Shown: positions 1 to 13,270 of the stretch, in pieces
How the letters are laid out: every line of letters begins with the position of its first letter
Position numbering within the stretch: position 1 is the stretch's first letter
From: Callorhinchus milii
Lineage: Eukaryota
Direction: 5' to 3'
NCBI RefSeq assembly: GCF_018977255.1
Contig: NW_024704743.1
Span: forward strand, 74,278,001-74,342,000
DNA: 64,000 bases
Notes under the pieces: model-generated
Database searches by the model: none
What the model saw: only the letters and a program-made list of their open reading frames with translations
What the model was told of the DNA's origin: nothing
Position numbers and translations under genes: made by a program

Positions 1-49
1 AATCCAGCTTCAATATGGCTCAATATGGTGCTATATCAAATGCAAGGCT

Positions 50-660
50 TACTGCAACAACAACTTGCATTTATATAGCGCACCTCACTCAGGGTAGAGT
101 TCCAGAGCACTTGATAGCGGCGTAGCACGATGCCGAGCCGGGGGGAGGGGGAGGTGACCATAGGAAGTCTTCAGGTGCGACTTAAAGATCGGGAAGGAAG
201 GGGCAAGGCGGAGGGATCGAGGAAGAGTGTTCCAGAGTTTTGCGGTGTAGTGGCTAAAAGTGTGGCCAAGAATGGTGGAACGGAGGGCACATGGGACACG
301 CAGAAGGCCAGAGCCAGTCGACCGAAGGGAGGGGATTGTGGGTTGGGGGGTAAGCAAGTCGGAGAGGTAGGGAGGTGCCAGGGCATAAAGGGATTTGAAA
401 GCATGAGGACATGAGTGTGAGGATCTTGAAATTGATCTGTTCGGCGATAGGGGGCCAGTGGAGCCTGGCTTAGAACTGGTGAAATGGGGGTACCGTGTTT
501 AGTACGGGTGGAGCTTTGGATCAGCTGGATCCTGTGCGTGGTGGAGCTGGGGAGACCAGCAAAAAGGGCATTTGAGAAGTTGAGCCAGAAGGTGACAAAT
601 GCATGGACGAGGATTTCGGCTACGTCAACGCAGGCAGGTAATGGGAGTCCACAGCTGTTC
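50..660 (-). mobile_element. L2 LINE 3' fragment
   Basis: ILVHAFVT..NALFAGLP..IQLIQ, LAPPYL, KLWNTLP motifs; (CAA)n tail. Confidence 0.88.
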
Positions 661-669
661 CTCAACTCA

Positions 670-960
670 TTAAACTGTGGAATCCCTTACCCAGACAGCA
701 TCAGCAAGGACCACACAACGGACTGCCCCAGCCTCGATAAAACACTCACTCAAATGAAGAAGAGCGGAGGCATTGTCTCATACAATATTACCCGCTGCCA
801 ATAATGAGAAAAATAATTCTACTAGAATGACTGTACTGTATTATGACAGACTGCCACAAGGAAACCTTCAATGGGACACTCTCAAATCAAGAAGAACAAA
901 GGCCTGGCCACACGACTAACACTCTGAATAGGGCACACAAATCCTGGCTGAACAACTGAA
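670..960 (+). mobile_element. Possible Penelope GIY-YIG endonuclease remnant
   Basis: KSGGIVSYNITRC and LATRL resemble SGVVYxIPC..YIGxT..LxTRxxEH; heavily decayed. Confidence 0.25.
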
Positions 961-1899
961 CAACCCCAATGTACATGAAAGATAGATAAATGAATAAAGA
1001 ATTTACTTCTGTCCATTTTTTCAGGAAGAGGTAGGATGTTCAGTAATGTGCACTTTTCAGAAAAATAATCACCACTCTACTAATGTTAATTTAAATTCTG
1101 AAATAAGAATAAAGGTTAATCTGAAGAAAAAATAAACGGATTCCATATCCTTACCTTGATTAAAACTAAACTTGCTAACCAATACAGTAAATACTGCGAA
1201 GAACATTTTCATCCACAATCCCTGGGAGAAAATAGCGCAAACAGACATTTACGAATGCTTTGCAGGAATTCCTGCTGTTGTGCATCTGTCTTGAGGAGTT
1301 GCTTTCAAACGTATAGTAAAATGAAGACTAGACCAGGATTAACTGTGGATTACAAAGGGATTTATCGGACTTTCATTCTACAAGAACTTCAAGAATTTGA
1401 TGCTGATGCTGATCTACCCTCGTGAACCTGACCTCTCTCCATGAACCTGACTTCTCATCAGCTCCCACTAAAACAGCAAGATGCTAACCTGGCTCTTGCA
1501 GCGCTTCTCATTTAAAATCAGTGTCAAGAGGCAAACACACTTGACAGCAGACAGCAGCAGTCAGTGAAAAGGTCAATGCAGTTCTTAAAATTGCAGCTTA
1601 ATCACTTCACTGAATGTAACGCAAGTACAGCACACAACCTGAAATTCTGATACCAATATTTCAAACAGATTATGAAACGGTCTACTGTAAACAATGAAAA
1701 TAAACTGTTGATTTCCTGAATATTTTATGTGAAAGGCACTACATAAATGCAAGTTATTAATATCACTAATAAAAGTACCACTTGGCCACAGTTGGCACAT
1801 GTGGTGTTTGTGGCTCAAATTTCCCCTCTCCCAAGTCACTATTACTGTCTGCACCACAAATAGCCAGTCCTGTACTATTGCAGGTTCTCAAGAGATTCC

Positions 1900-2850
1900 T
1901 GTGCTGACTTCCATCTCCTCATCCGAGGCATGGTCAACCACTTCCTCTCCTCTCTGGGATGTCTTTGCGACGTAAAGGGCATTATACAAGTGTAATTTGC
2001 TGTTGACTGACTCTTCCTCTGATTGTGGGGTGACCACCTTCAGGAATGTGGGTTCCAGGAATCCTTCCCTCTCTGGTACGTAATGAGAGTCCACAGCTAT
2101 TCCTCGAACTCAAAGAGCTCAATTAAGACCTACAGAATCCCCTGACTACCCCCCAACCAAGAAGAGAGGAAAGGAGAACATGGGGAAGATACCGATTGTC
2201 AATGGGACAGAAGTGCTGAACAAGTATACTATCATTAATAATGCTACCTTCTGAGATAAGATCTGTATTTCATATAGATAGGTTACATTTTGAGGAACAT
2301 TAAGTGTTGTTGTGACTGTGCTATTGAAACCTCTGTTCTCAGATGTGAAGGGAGAGGACATGGTCTGCAGAACATAGGAACAATTGAAGCTTCTGGAGAG
2401 TGGAGAGAGGGAGGCCGATGAGGAGACTGCTGTGAAGGTGAGGAAATCATGGATAAGATTCTCAGTAGTGGTGGGAGGGCAGGAGGTGGGCTATGTTGTA
2501 AAGCCTTCAATGAACAAGATAATGTCATTGTCTGCCCTGCAATCATCCAGGTCTGTATAATTCCAGTTCTCACCTTGTTGCAGAAGTGGGGCAGCCTTCA
2601 TTGACCAAGATGATGTGGGCTTTGAAACTCAGCTAAAGTACTACACTCTGGCTCACGTTGTAGACTGATGGATTGAGAGCCAGAGGCACATCGGTGCTGA
2701 CAAGAACTCAGCAACATGGCTTTAGCGTTTTTGATGATGAGCTGCAGAAAGCTGTGACTCATCCAGAGCTTCATGTCACACAGGCAATCAGACAAAACAG
2801 CAACAGTGGTGGAACAGAGAGGAGAGGTGGAGTTTCAGCAGCAAACACAT
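1900..2850 (-). mobile_element. Possible highly degenerate Harbinger transposase remnant
   Basis: Weak collinear motifs ASGS, IAG, IEG..HIA, NRGFNS..LNV, YVPER, acidic tail. Confidence 0.3.
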
Positions 2851-4254
2851 GGAAACTAACTGCTAGAGAAATAGCCAGTGGTTAAAAGCCTAATGCGCCC
2901 AAGTGCACCCACATTTTCTTACTCACGGTATTAATGAGATGTTGAGAAGTGATTGAAAGGGTCCAAAACATTAAATGCCATTTTGTAGCGGGGTCAGCAG
3001 TCTAAAGTGCAAGTAGCAGTAAACGCTACAGGTGAAACCATGCAATGAAATTACAAGATATCTGGGAACCCTGATTAGTCATGCTGAAAACCACTACTCC
3101 CACTACGTCTGTACAATTTACAATCACTCTGCAGCTGAGACAACTTGTAGAAAGATTCCACAGTTGAATTATCTTGTAGTAATCTACCTAAACGCTGACT
3201 TCAAATTAAACTGTAATGTAAATGAGATCCACCACTCATCCTTGATGTTCTACAAAATAAAATCTGCTAAATGATAGCAAACTGGTTCATTTATCAACAC
3301 TACAGGACATGAAACCCATTGTCTGACTTCCAACTAAAAAGCGTTTTCTTATTTCGTAAACCACCAAGTATAAGTCACTCATCAGATTCCCACTTCAGTC
3401 ATCCCAGGAATGTGGGAGGAAAATCCTGTTGCAGGAGGCTTGGGCAGAGCGACATGTAGGTGCATTGTCCCAAGTGTAAGCTTAGTCTGAAAGCCATGGG
3501 GTTTAGAGTTGCCGTTTTCTCTGTGGATTCAGTTTTCCTTTCCTATTCCCTGTGGCATTTCTTTGTTCTTCCCTTTTGTCACTATCGTCACTTCTGTGTT
3601 TTACCTTTTCATGACCCAATGCTGCTCAACCCCTGATATAAGCTGAACATGTTTCTACAAAATAGCTACTGAAATTCCCAGAGGAAATATGCATAATCTC
3701 ATAGAACTCTTGAGAATCTTGGCAGCCACTTGTGTAATTTCCAATGCCGCCAAAAATGTATTTAAAAAACTGTTTTCGCTCTGGTTGTACAAATCATCCT
3801 TTTGCATTTGATTCTAAGTGACATTCAGATATAGAAGGCCTCCTGGTCTTCTCTAAATTCCTGGTATCTGTCCTAAACTTGCTCTTCACGACTCACTCAA
3901 CCTCTGCTCCCCTGTCCTGCTGCTTTGGCGTATAGTTATGTGGAGAAGAGTTGAAAAGATGGACCTGTTTTCACTGGAGCAAAGAAAGTTGGGAGGAGGG
4001 GATCTCACAAAGCTTTTCAAAATTGGAATGGGACAAGAGTAGATGAGTTGATAACTTCAGAAAAAACTTCAATTTTCTATGACTAGAAAATTGCATCTTA
4101 CGAAAATATTGTTCAGCGCTTACTTTCTCAATTACGTGTAGTACTTTATATATTGAGATATGGTCTTCTCTGAGATATCTCTTTTCAAGGCTGGCAAGTG
4201 TTATCTTATAATTCTAATTCATCCTTGCATTTCATATAGTCTTGTTCATGTTGG

Positions 4255-4620
4255 GAGGATGATGCAAAATGCTTCACAGTAAAATGTAGTGACTGTGTTT
4301 TTGTAGCAGCCAATTTTCATACAGCAATATCCCACAAACAAACAGGAACTGAATGACCAAATTTATCCAGGGGATTGCTGGCCAGGACACTGGGAGAAAC
4401 TCCCTTCTCTTCTTAAATGTCCACCTAAACAGGCAGATGGGACCTCAGTTTAACGTCTCATCCAAAGGACCACTTATAACATTGCAGGTCTCTCCCAGCA
4501 CTATATTGAAATATCAATCTAGATTGTGAGTTCAAAATCCTCATGCGAGGCGTGAACACAAAGCCTTCTGTCTCAGAGGTAAGAGTACTACCAACCGAGC
4601 TAATCTGACACCTAAATCTG
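4255..4620 (-). mobile_element. Old DeuSINE-type element
   Basis: CACAGCAATATCCCACAAAC, GGAGAAACTCCCTTCTCTT, CTCAGTTTAACGTCTCATCC, CCTTCTGTCTCAGAGG..ACCAACCGAGC resemble the reverse strand of SacSINE1/AmnSINE1-type Deu SINEs. Confidence 0.75.
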
Positions 4621-4704
4621 ATCTTTTCTCTTTGCTTTCCTTAGCATTGCCTTTAGGGTTTGTGCACAATCTTCTTATGTTATGGCAAGCAGAGCTGTAC
4701 AACA

Positions 4705-5180
4705 AAAACTTGCAATTATATAGCACCCTTTAGCAGGGTAGCGTCTCAGACTCTTTAACCGTACTGGAGTTTGATACTTTACCTAGGGAGAAAGGGGAGG
4801 TGACTGTAGGCACAATGGAAGAGGAAATTCTTCAGAAGTGATTTAAAGATGGGCAAAGAGGGGGCAAGGCAGAGGGACTGAGGCAGCGAATTCCAGAGGG
4901 TTGGGGCATAATAGCTGAAAGCAGGGCTGCCGATGGTGAAGTGGAAGGGTTGAGGGATGTGCAGAATGTCCAGGCCAAGCAGAAACCAGGTGGGTAATGG
5001 AGTGGGGTGTGAGCAGGTCGGTGAGGTAGGGAGATGCCATGGCATGAAGTGATTTGTAGATGAGTGTGAGGATCTTGAAATTGATCTGTTCTGTGACATG
5101 GAACCAGTGGAGCCTGGCAAGGACTGGGGTGGTGGGGGTGCAGGTTTGGTACAGGCGAGGAGATACAGCATGATCAGAGT
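4705..5180 (-). mobile_element. L2 LINE 3' fragment
   Basis: AFSYYAPTLWNSLP..FKSLLK and shared tail. Confidence 0.85.
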
Positions 5181-5449
5181 ATTGAGTATCGGTAAATTGG
5201 CAAAGGGAATAGATAATTGTTTCAAAACATTTATTGCTCCAAGATTTTCCAATGATTGATACACTAACAGACCTTGCTCAAGGTGAGCTTAGCATGGGAA
5301 AAATTGCATTAAAAAATGCATTACACTCAAACCGGATACATTTACAATCTCTCAAATCACAACATACAAATAGTGTAGGATATCTCTTCAAGAAGTAAAG
5401 GACAATTAGGAAAGAGCCAATAAATAATGACAGGCAGTACAAAAGGACA

Positions 5450-5824
5450 CTGGGAGTAGGACAAATGGGTGTGGTTATGGTTATGGATTGGATTGCATTG
5501 CCCTGAGTTGAGAAGAAAGAAGTTCACTAAAACACCTGGGTTTTGGATTGAGAATCATTACAAATAGTGTTTTAATTCCCTTTTCCTGTCTGCACGTTTT
5601 CATCCTTTCACCCCAGATGAATGGAAATCAGAATTTGAGAGTAAGGAGCAATCTGACAAAGGTGGTTTAAAGCAACGAGGATCATTGACAAGCGAGGCAG
5701 GGATAGGGATCTAAAGGAAAGGGGGCATAATCATCAAAATAGAGCCACCCAGTGAAGACATTTTATCACACAAGCTGGTGAGAATATGCAATGCACTGTC
5801 CCAGAAGGCTGTAAATGCAGAATC
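5450..5824 (+). repeat. Inverted duplication, copy 1
   Basis: Highly similar reverse complement of 9892-10252. Confidence 0.95.
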
Positions 5825-6178
5825 AATTGGCCTGCCTAATAGGAGATAAGACAGATAACTTGGGAGGAAAGGGATATCGGGAACTGGGTTTGGTAGATAG
5901 ACCATGAGCTAATACATAAGCTTGATGACCTATTTCATTCAAAAGATGTGTCTAAGATTGAGTCCTAGGGAAATGTACATGTAAAAAAAATTAACTAATT
6001 GAATAAGAAGTGGGTGATATATTTGTATATTCTTCACATTGCTGTGAATAATTGTATGGAAACTACAACAAGCATTAAAATGTTGAAGCTCTGTACTGTG
6101 TTTCTATAATAATCCATACGTTTGATAAAGCGCCTCATTACTTCTTTGAGACGTCTCAAAGCGCTTCACAGAATATAC

Positions 6179-6203
6179 NNNNNNNNNNNNNNNNNNNNNN
6201 NNN
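6179..6203. other. Assembly gap (25 N)
   Basis: Run of N. Confidence 1.
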
Positions 6204-6536
6204 CCCATGAAAGAAGTAATTTTACTAGCACTTTGCCCTCTGCAAAAAGTGCTTTCCATTGCATTCAGAGTTTTCACTCATCTCACACCAATTCTCAAGA
6301 CTTTTGCATCAGCGATGTGGCAGTAACATTGCTGCTTTTTTGGGGAAGCTGTACTTTTTTTTAATTCACAGTGGGTCAACCATTCCACTGCTCTAAACTC
6401 TTGGGTTGGCAATGATTAGCTTGAGGCCAGCAAAAACTAGCTCCAACAACTGGTCCTCAGCTCTGGCTCGCAGTTGTCTCTGTGAAGCGATCTGAGTCGT
6501 TTTGCCCTCAAAATATACAGTCAACTCACTTTACAG

Positions 6537-6912
6537 TGGAGTCCTGTAACTCAGTGGTTAGAGCACTTGCCTCGCAAGTGAGAGACCTGGGTTTGATACC
6601 CTGCAGGGCGAAACCTTGGGCAAGTTTCCTTACTCCACACGCCTGATAATCCCTCAAGAAAAAAAAGATTGGTTCACAACAATCTACTACTGTCTGTGGG
6701 AAACTGCTGTGCGCAATTGGCTGCCATATTTCGCCCACAAATATACAGTCAATTCACTTTACAGTATATTCTGTGAAGCGCTTTGAGACGTCTAGAAGAC
6801 GTGAAAAGCATTATATCAAATGCAAGGATAATTATATGATAATATCTGAGAACCGTTTTGAGACGTCTCGCAGACGTGATAAGGCGCTATATCAAATTCA
6901 AGGATTATTATT
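6537..6912 (+). mobile_element. tRNA-headed SINE with duplicated 3' tail
   Basis: GGAGTCCTGTAACTCAGTGGTTAGAGC (A box), GGTTTGATACCC (B-box-like), Deu-like CTGTGCGCAATTGGCTGCC, L2-like tail present twice. Confidence 0.9.
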
Positions 6913-7199
6913 ATCCTCCGAAATATGGTGTGAAAGACACTATCAATGTAAAATTGTTGTTGCTGTTCACAAATTGAATGGATGGTCAAATAAGGAGAAA
7001 GGTGAGTTCACTCTTAAGATTTATTTGCGGCGAAAGCTAGGGTGAATTACCCTAATTGAATATTAAAACAGCTTTTAAAGATAGTGCAAAAGTGGGATAA
7101 CAAAGGTAACTGCAGGAATAGTTTAGTGTTTTGTCTTAGTTTTATGGCAGCTGGAATAGTCTTCTACCACACTGTGACCGAAGTACATCAATTCATCTT

Positions 7200-7740
7200 C
7201 AACATTTGGAGTATTTTGTCTAATTCTGGAGTCACACTATAAAGATGCAGCAGTGATGGAAAGAGTGGTGTACATTTATGAGGATGATACCAGTGTTGCA
7301 GATTACTGCTATCAGGCAGATTGGATATGTTAGATTTTTTTTTCTAGAGAATAGACTTAAATGGGAGCCTAATAGAAATGTTTAAAATTATAAAATGGTT
7401 CAATAAGAGTAACATAAATAGGATGTTTCCACTGGTTGGGGAGTTTGTAACCAGGGGAGACAAATATAAGATAGCGACTAGGGGATCAAAAAGAGAATTT
7501 AAGAGGCACTGCTTTACACAGAGGGTAGTGAGATTGTGGAACTCGCTGCCTGAAGCAGTGATTGAATCAGATAGTATAGATTGATTCAAAAGGAAGCTAG
7601 ACCTTCACATGTGGAAGAGTGGAATAGAAGGCTATGGGAGGGTGTAAGGAATGGGTGAAGACTCGTGTGGAGTATAAACAGTGGCATGGAATGTTTGGAC
7701 CGAGTGGCCTATTTCTGTGCAGTACATTCTTTGTAAATGC
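7200..7740 (+). mobile_element. CR1 LINE 3' fragment
   Basis: EMFKIIK..TRG..FTQRVVRLWNSLPEAV, CR1-type 3' UTR. Confidence 0.88.
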
Positions 7741-8974
7741 AAATGATATTACTATATATTGAGCAGATAGCACTGAAGAAAAGCAAGCTGCATAGCGATG
7801 TTGTTGCTGAAAACACTCAAAAAAAATGTATGCCTGTCACTTTGTTTTTAATGTTTAATACCGTTAAATTCATTTAAATGAAAGTTCTTAGAAAGACTGA
7901 ACACGGTGAATAGATGCAAATTCTATTTGACTTGCAGTGCTGAACATAACTCGCTTGCAGGTTCATCGTTTGTCAGGGCAGCCGCTTGAGAGAGATAAAT
8001 TGTACCCAGCAGCTCCTCATCATGTATCCTCTCTGCATTCATTATAACCTCAGACCAGTGATCCAGAGAAGATTTTTAGTCACTGAAGCGTACTGGTGTT
8101 TTTTTAATATAAATTTACATCACATTAGATTTCAAGGTTCAGATCTCCCACCTTTGTGAGGGTCCCTGGTTTCAAACTAATGTAGATACAGACATCTATT
8201 CCCAGTAATGCATGAGTTGCAGCAGTTTGCATGTGGCAGCACTAAATTGAATTTGTTGTCAAAACCTACTTCAAGTAACATTAACAAAAATCAACAATAG
8301 AATCTTATATCCTCCCTTGTGGCGTGGTTGTGTATTCAGCAAATAAACTGCTTCAGTGGTTCAGATCTCACTGGCTTGATTAAACACAGATGAATGTTCC
8401 AGTATGTCAGATTGAAGGAATTTGCTGCCCTGAAATATTGGTTCAATATAAAAATAAGTACAGCTCTCAGACATCACAGAATATAAAAATATATATTTAA
8501 CACATGTCAAGATTATATGATAGCAAGCTGTTGCACACAGAGTGTATCTGCATCACAAGCCCTGCACCTCCTACTTAACTTACTTCTCTGGCTGCTAAAT
8601 TTAAATGTATTGAGATTTATAGGGTCAATGAGTCATCATGCTAGAAGTAGCATTGCAGAAAATTATTAAAGTCTGTTATTTTTATTAATGGACCATGCAA
8701 TACAAAATGTGTGGAATACAAAATTAGTCTGAGTGCCCATTCCCTATTCCACAAAAATTGGGAGCAAATTTGTGGCATTTCACAATGCATTTGATGTGCT
8801 AATTACCACATTTCCTGCAAATGAATTGTCAAAATACTTCACAGGAACATTATGCAGCACTCTGAGATGTTCTTGATTTTATAGGCGCAATATCAAACAT
8901 AACGATTGTTATTTTTATTTTATTACTGTTGAATGCATTATGAAATGTTACAATTCTGCTAAAAAAAATTGCTT

Positions 8975-9345
8975 TTATATAGGGCCCTTCATATCTTGGA
9001 GTCCTGTAGAACAAATCGAGTTGATTGCCAAGCAAGGGAGAGGGAAAAGAAGGGAAGGGCAAGATAGCAGGGTTGAAGAGGTATGTTTTAAGGCGGGATT
9101 TAAGACAAATGGACTGGGGTGGTGAGTTGGAGGGGTAGAGGGAGGGGGTTCCAAAGGATAGGGGCATAGAGTGTTGAGGCTTGGCCACCGATAGTGGCCA
9201 GCAAAAGCGCGGATGCACAGCAAGCTGAGTCAGATGAGCAGAAGTGACAAGCAAAGGAGTGGGACAGACGAAGATCAGAGAGATAAAGAGGTGCCAGGGC
9301 ATGAAAGGATTTAACAGTGATGGTAAGGACTTTATGTTTGACAAT
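8975..9345 (-). mobile_element. L2 LINE 3' fragment
   Basis: KVLTITVKSFHALAPLYLSDL, LWNPLP, KSRLKTYLF. Confidence 0.8.
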
Positions 9346-9477
9346 TAGCACCAGGCTATGTAACCTCTCCTAACTTTTACCTATATTGAGATTGACCTTC
9401 CTCGCAACATTTTACTGACATTGTGAGCAATCTTGAAAATTTCTCTCACCAGGCCTAGTGAGCTGGGATGATAGCCA

Positions 9478-9895
9478 ATGGACTCCTATAGCTTATTGGT
9501 TGGAGCACTCGCAAGCAAGAAAATCTGTGTTTTATTCTCAGCAGGGCGAAAAGTTGGGCATGTTTCCTTACTCCACACGCCTCTGTTTGCCTAGCAATAT
9601 GTAGGAACCTGTTAGTTCATTAGTTCATTGCTGGATCGCTTTTGTGGGGGTAATAATCACTTCAAAAAACATAAATAATAATTGGTCACTCAATCCACGA
9701 CTGTTTATGGGAGGACACTGATGTCCCACAATTGTTTTTTGGTTTTGGAGGGATTATTATTAGGCGTGTGGAGTAAGGAAACTGCCCAAGGTTTTGCCCA
9801 CAAAATATACAGTCAATTCACTTTACAGTATATTCTGTGAAGCGCTTCGGGACATCTCAAAGACATGATAAGGCGCCATATTAAATGCAAGGATT
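9478..9895 (+). mobile_element. tRNA-headed SINE (long subfamily) containing an internal inverted SINE segment
   Basis: Same head/body/tail as other copies; 9731-9799 is antisense SINE sequence. Confidence 0.88.
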
Positions 9896-10252
9896 CTGCA
9901 TTTACAGCCTTCTGGGATAGTGCGCTGCATATTCTCACCAGCTTGTGTGATAAAATGTCTTCACTGGGTGGCTCTATTTTGATGATTATGCCCTCCTTTC
10001 CTTTAGATCCCTATCCCTGCCTCGCTTGTCAATGATCCTCGTTGCTTTAACTCACCTCTGTCAGATTGCTCCTTACTCTCAAATTCTGATTTCCATTCAT
10101 CTGGGGTGAAAGGATGAAAACATGCAGACAGGAAAAGGGAATTAAAATACTATTTGTATTGATTCTCAATCCAAAACCCAGGTGTATTAGTAAACTTCTT
10201 TCTTCTCAACTCAGAGCACGCCAATCCACTAACCATAACACACTACTCCCAG
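9892..10252 (-). repeat. Inverted duplication, copy 2
   Basis: Highly similar reverse complement of 5450-5824. Confidence 0.95.
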
Positions 10253-10982
10253 AGCTCTTTTAGCTACTATGCCCTGACCCTCTGGAACTTAATTCAGTCA
10301 GTATCTTCTACAATACTTGATGCCAAAGTCTACGACAACTGTGCGATACCATTGTGTTAAGTCCTGGGGGATATTTTATTGTACACTTTAACCAAGAATG
10401 ATCACTGGCTCACAGGCTTTTGTGTATTGTGGTGCTGCCTTTACCTGAGCTATAGTCCAAACACAGCCATTGCAAGATCTCTATAAAACTCTCAGTGGGT
10501 TGAAGATAATAATGGTGACCCTGGCACTGTGCTGTTGGCATTACACTGTTCATGTAGGGATCCAACATGCACTAATCACTTATGACACCAAATGCTGCAT
10601 AATGCACGCAAAACGTTAAAACAGCAGAAGAAAAAGTTCTCAAAATCTACTGCTCAAAATTATGAAATGATTAGATAAGGTACACTTTCAAAAGGATGGT
10701 TAGTCCAAAATGAGGTGGCATAAATATAAGATAGCCAGTAGCAGATATTAAAATGTGTTTAAGAGGTTGGTGAGAAAGTGGAACTCATCTCCGGAACCTG
10801 TGGTTGAAGCCAAATGTGTCAAAGTATTTAAAAGAAAATGATGTCTACATGAGGGAGAGGGAATGGAGGGTATAAGTGAGGGATTTGGAGGGGTAGAGGC
10901 TCGTGTAGACTATAAACACTGCCACAGACTATTTGGCCTGTTGGCCTGCTTCTGTGCTGTAATGTTCTATGTAATTCCATGT

Positions 10983-11299
10983 AATAATAATCCTTGCATT
11001 TGATATAGCGCTTTTCACGTCGGGAGGACGTCCCAAAGCGCTTCACAGAACACACTGTAAAGTGAATTGACCTGTACATTTGTGGGCGAACGCCGCAGCC
11101 AATTACGCACAGCAATGTCCCACAAACAGTCGTAGATTGAAAATGACCAATTTATTATTGTTTTTGGTTTTGGAGGGATTATTATTAGGCTCTGTGTGGA
11201 GTAAGGAAACTTGCCCAAGGTTTCGCCCTCTGCCTGGAATTGAACTCAGGTCTCTCGCTTGCAAAGGAGTGCTCTAACCACTGAGCTGCAGGACTCCAC
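10983..11299 (-). mobile_element. tRNA-headed SINE, young subfamily
   Basis: Near-identical reverse complement of 39005-39334 and 43877-44215. Confidence 0.93.
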
Positions 11300-11349
11300 A
11301 AATTCTTGTAAGAATTGATCTAATGATAGCAACAATACATTACACATTA

Positions 11350-12110
11350 CACATTACACATCCTATTTAACAAACCGCCAACAATACATCTCAGCAAATG
11401 CTTCTTCCTTCTGCCCCCATCTGGTCCCTTGTGCTGTACCCCAAAGCTCAATCCTTGGCCCCCTTCTTTTCCTCTTTAGGTGCTCCCTCTCGGCGATGTC
11501 GTCCGCAGACATGGGGTCAACTTCCACACATATGCGGATGACACCCAAATCTACTTCTCCTCCTCCAGCTGCAACTCCCAGTCTGCTGATTTCCTGTCAG
11601 CTTGTTTGAAAAACATCAAGGCTTCAATGAGCACAACTTTCCTGCAGCTGAACGTCAGCAATACGGAAGCACCACTCTTGGCTCAGGTCAACATCTTCTC
11701 TCCTGCGGGTCTGAACTCCTCAACCTCCCCGGGCTCTTCCTCAGACTAGCCGATCCTAAGATCCTATCAAGATCCTCTCACTCGTTTTCAAATCGCTTCA
11801 TGCCCTCGCACCTCCCTACCTATCCGATTTGCTTCCCTCCCACTCCACCACCCACTGCCTCTGCTCGGCTGGCTCCAGCCTATCGTTTGTCCCCCGTCCC
11901 TTCAGCTCCACTCTTGAACTCTCCTTCCGCCTTGCCCCTTCCATCCCCACTTTCAAATCCCGCCTAAGACCTTCCTTTTTGATCGTGCTTACGGTTACCT
12001 CCTCCCTTCCCTCTCCCCTTGACTCGGGGTCAGACTCCGCCACTGTCAAGCGCTCTGTGAAGCTACCCTGCGTGAAGAGTGTTATATAAATGCAAGTTGT
12101 TATTGTTGTA
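11350..12110 (+). mobile_element. L2 LINE fragment (RT core to 3' end, deleted)
   Basis: VPQSSILGPLLF, FHTYADDTQIY, tail AAATGCAAGTTGTT. Confidence 0.9.
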
Positions 12111-12749
12111 TTAGGCCAATTGATTGTCAGTCTACCAGTCTCTTGTTAGATAATTGTCCAGACTCCAGAGTAGTAGGACATATCCAGTAGGTTTCCATAT
12201 ATTTCCATGACTGTGCTGTGTCACCATAGTATCCCTGTTCCCAGAGATGACTGCAGCAGGTTTATGGTGAGATACAATTGTCAAGTCAAGACTATTGATT
12301 CAAGTGTCCCTTTTTCAATCATACTGTAAAGAAAGATCAAATTCTCCAACAACTGTACCTTGCAAATGATCCTTCTCCTTATAAAAAAGATGAACTCAAT
12401 TCTATTACACAGAAATAAATAGAATCTGCAACAACAAAACAGGTTATTCAGCCCAACTAGTCTGCGACAATGTCTGTACTCTATGTGAACCTCCATCCGT
12501 CCTACCCTTATCCATTCTTCTCTATCCCTTCTCTTCACGTATACCCTCATATATTGGGTTATCCATGCTCAAGTCCATGGGAATATGAGAGAAATATGTA
12601 ATGAACAACCATTGAAAAGCATTGATCACAATGTTTTTTTTCAGTCCTGTTCAATTCTATAATCCTGCATTGTGTCAGCAAAATAGTTAAGTGATTCAGT
12701 GAAGAGATTCATTAAGAGATATAAGAAATATAGTTGAAATGGAAATACA

Positions 12750-13270
12750 GTATAAAAAGTTTGTTTTAATTGTGGGACCAGCCAAGTGGACGGCAATTTA
12801 CATTCCTGTGCTGTTATTTTAATCATTTCTATTCGCTCAGTGTTAAAGCACCTGTTCACGGCCCTATGTTTAAACAATCCTCGGCACTTGATCAAGGCCA
12901 TCGATCCTTTATAGCCACAATCTCTTCAGCTGTTATTACCTGAAGTCCCTTGGAACCATCTGGTGGGTAATACTGAATCATAAAGGAAATGTCTGATAGT
13001 CTTTACCACTGAGCAATGAATTCCCCCTTGTGGATTATTCAGGTTGTGCAGACACAATAGATTCCAACTCACCTGCAGGCTGATACTACTCAGATAGAAT
13101 TTACAACAAATGTGCAGTGCAAGGCACCTTCACTGAATAGCACAAACACACGTTGAGGTTCCCAGGGGAATGTAGTGTGTTGACCATTTCTGCTACCATT
13201 TCTTTTTCCTTCTGTAGCATTTGAACAGATAGACTATTTCCCAATGGCACCAGGATTCCTTCTTAATATT
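12750..13270 (-). mobile_element. Possible highly degenerate Harbinger transposase remnant
   Basis: Order-consistent weak motifs on - strand: SVQML, PGN, LLSGKDY, ALIKCR. Confidence 0.35.

Noticed and set aside
5450..10252. Inverted repeats as TIRs of a 4.8-kb DNA transposon
   Set aside because: No TSD or transposase seen, and copy 1 is continuous with an internal CR1-like remnant.
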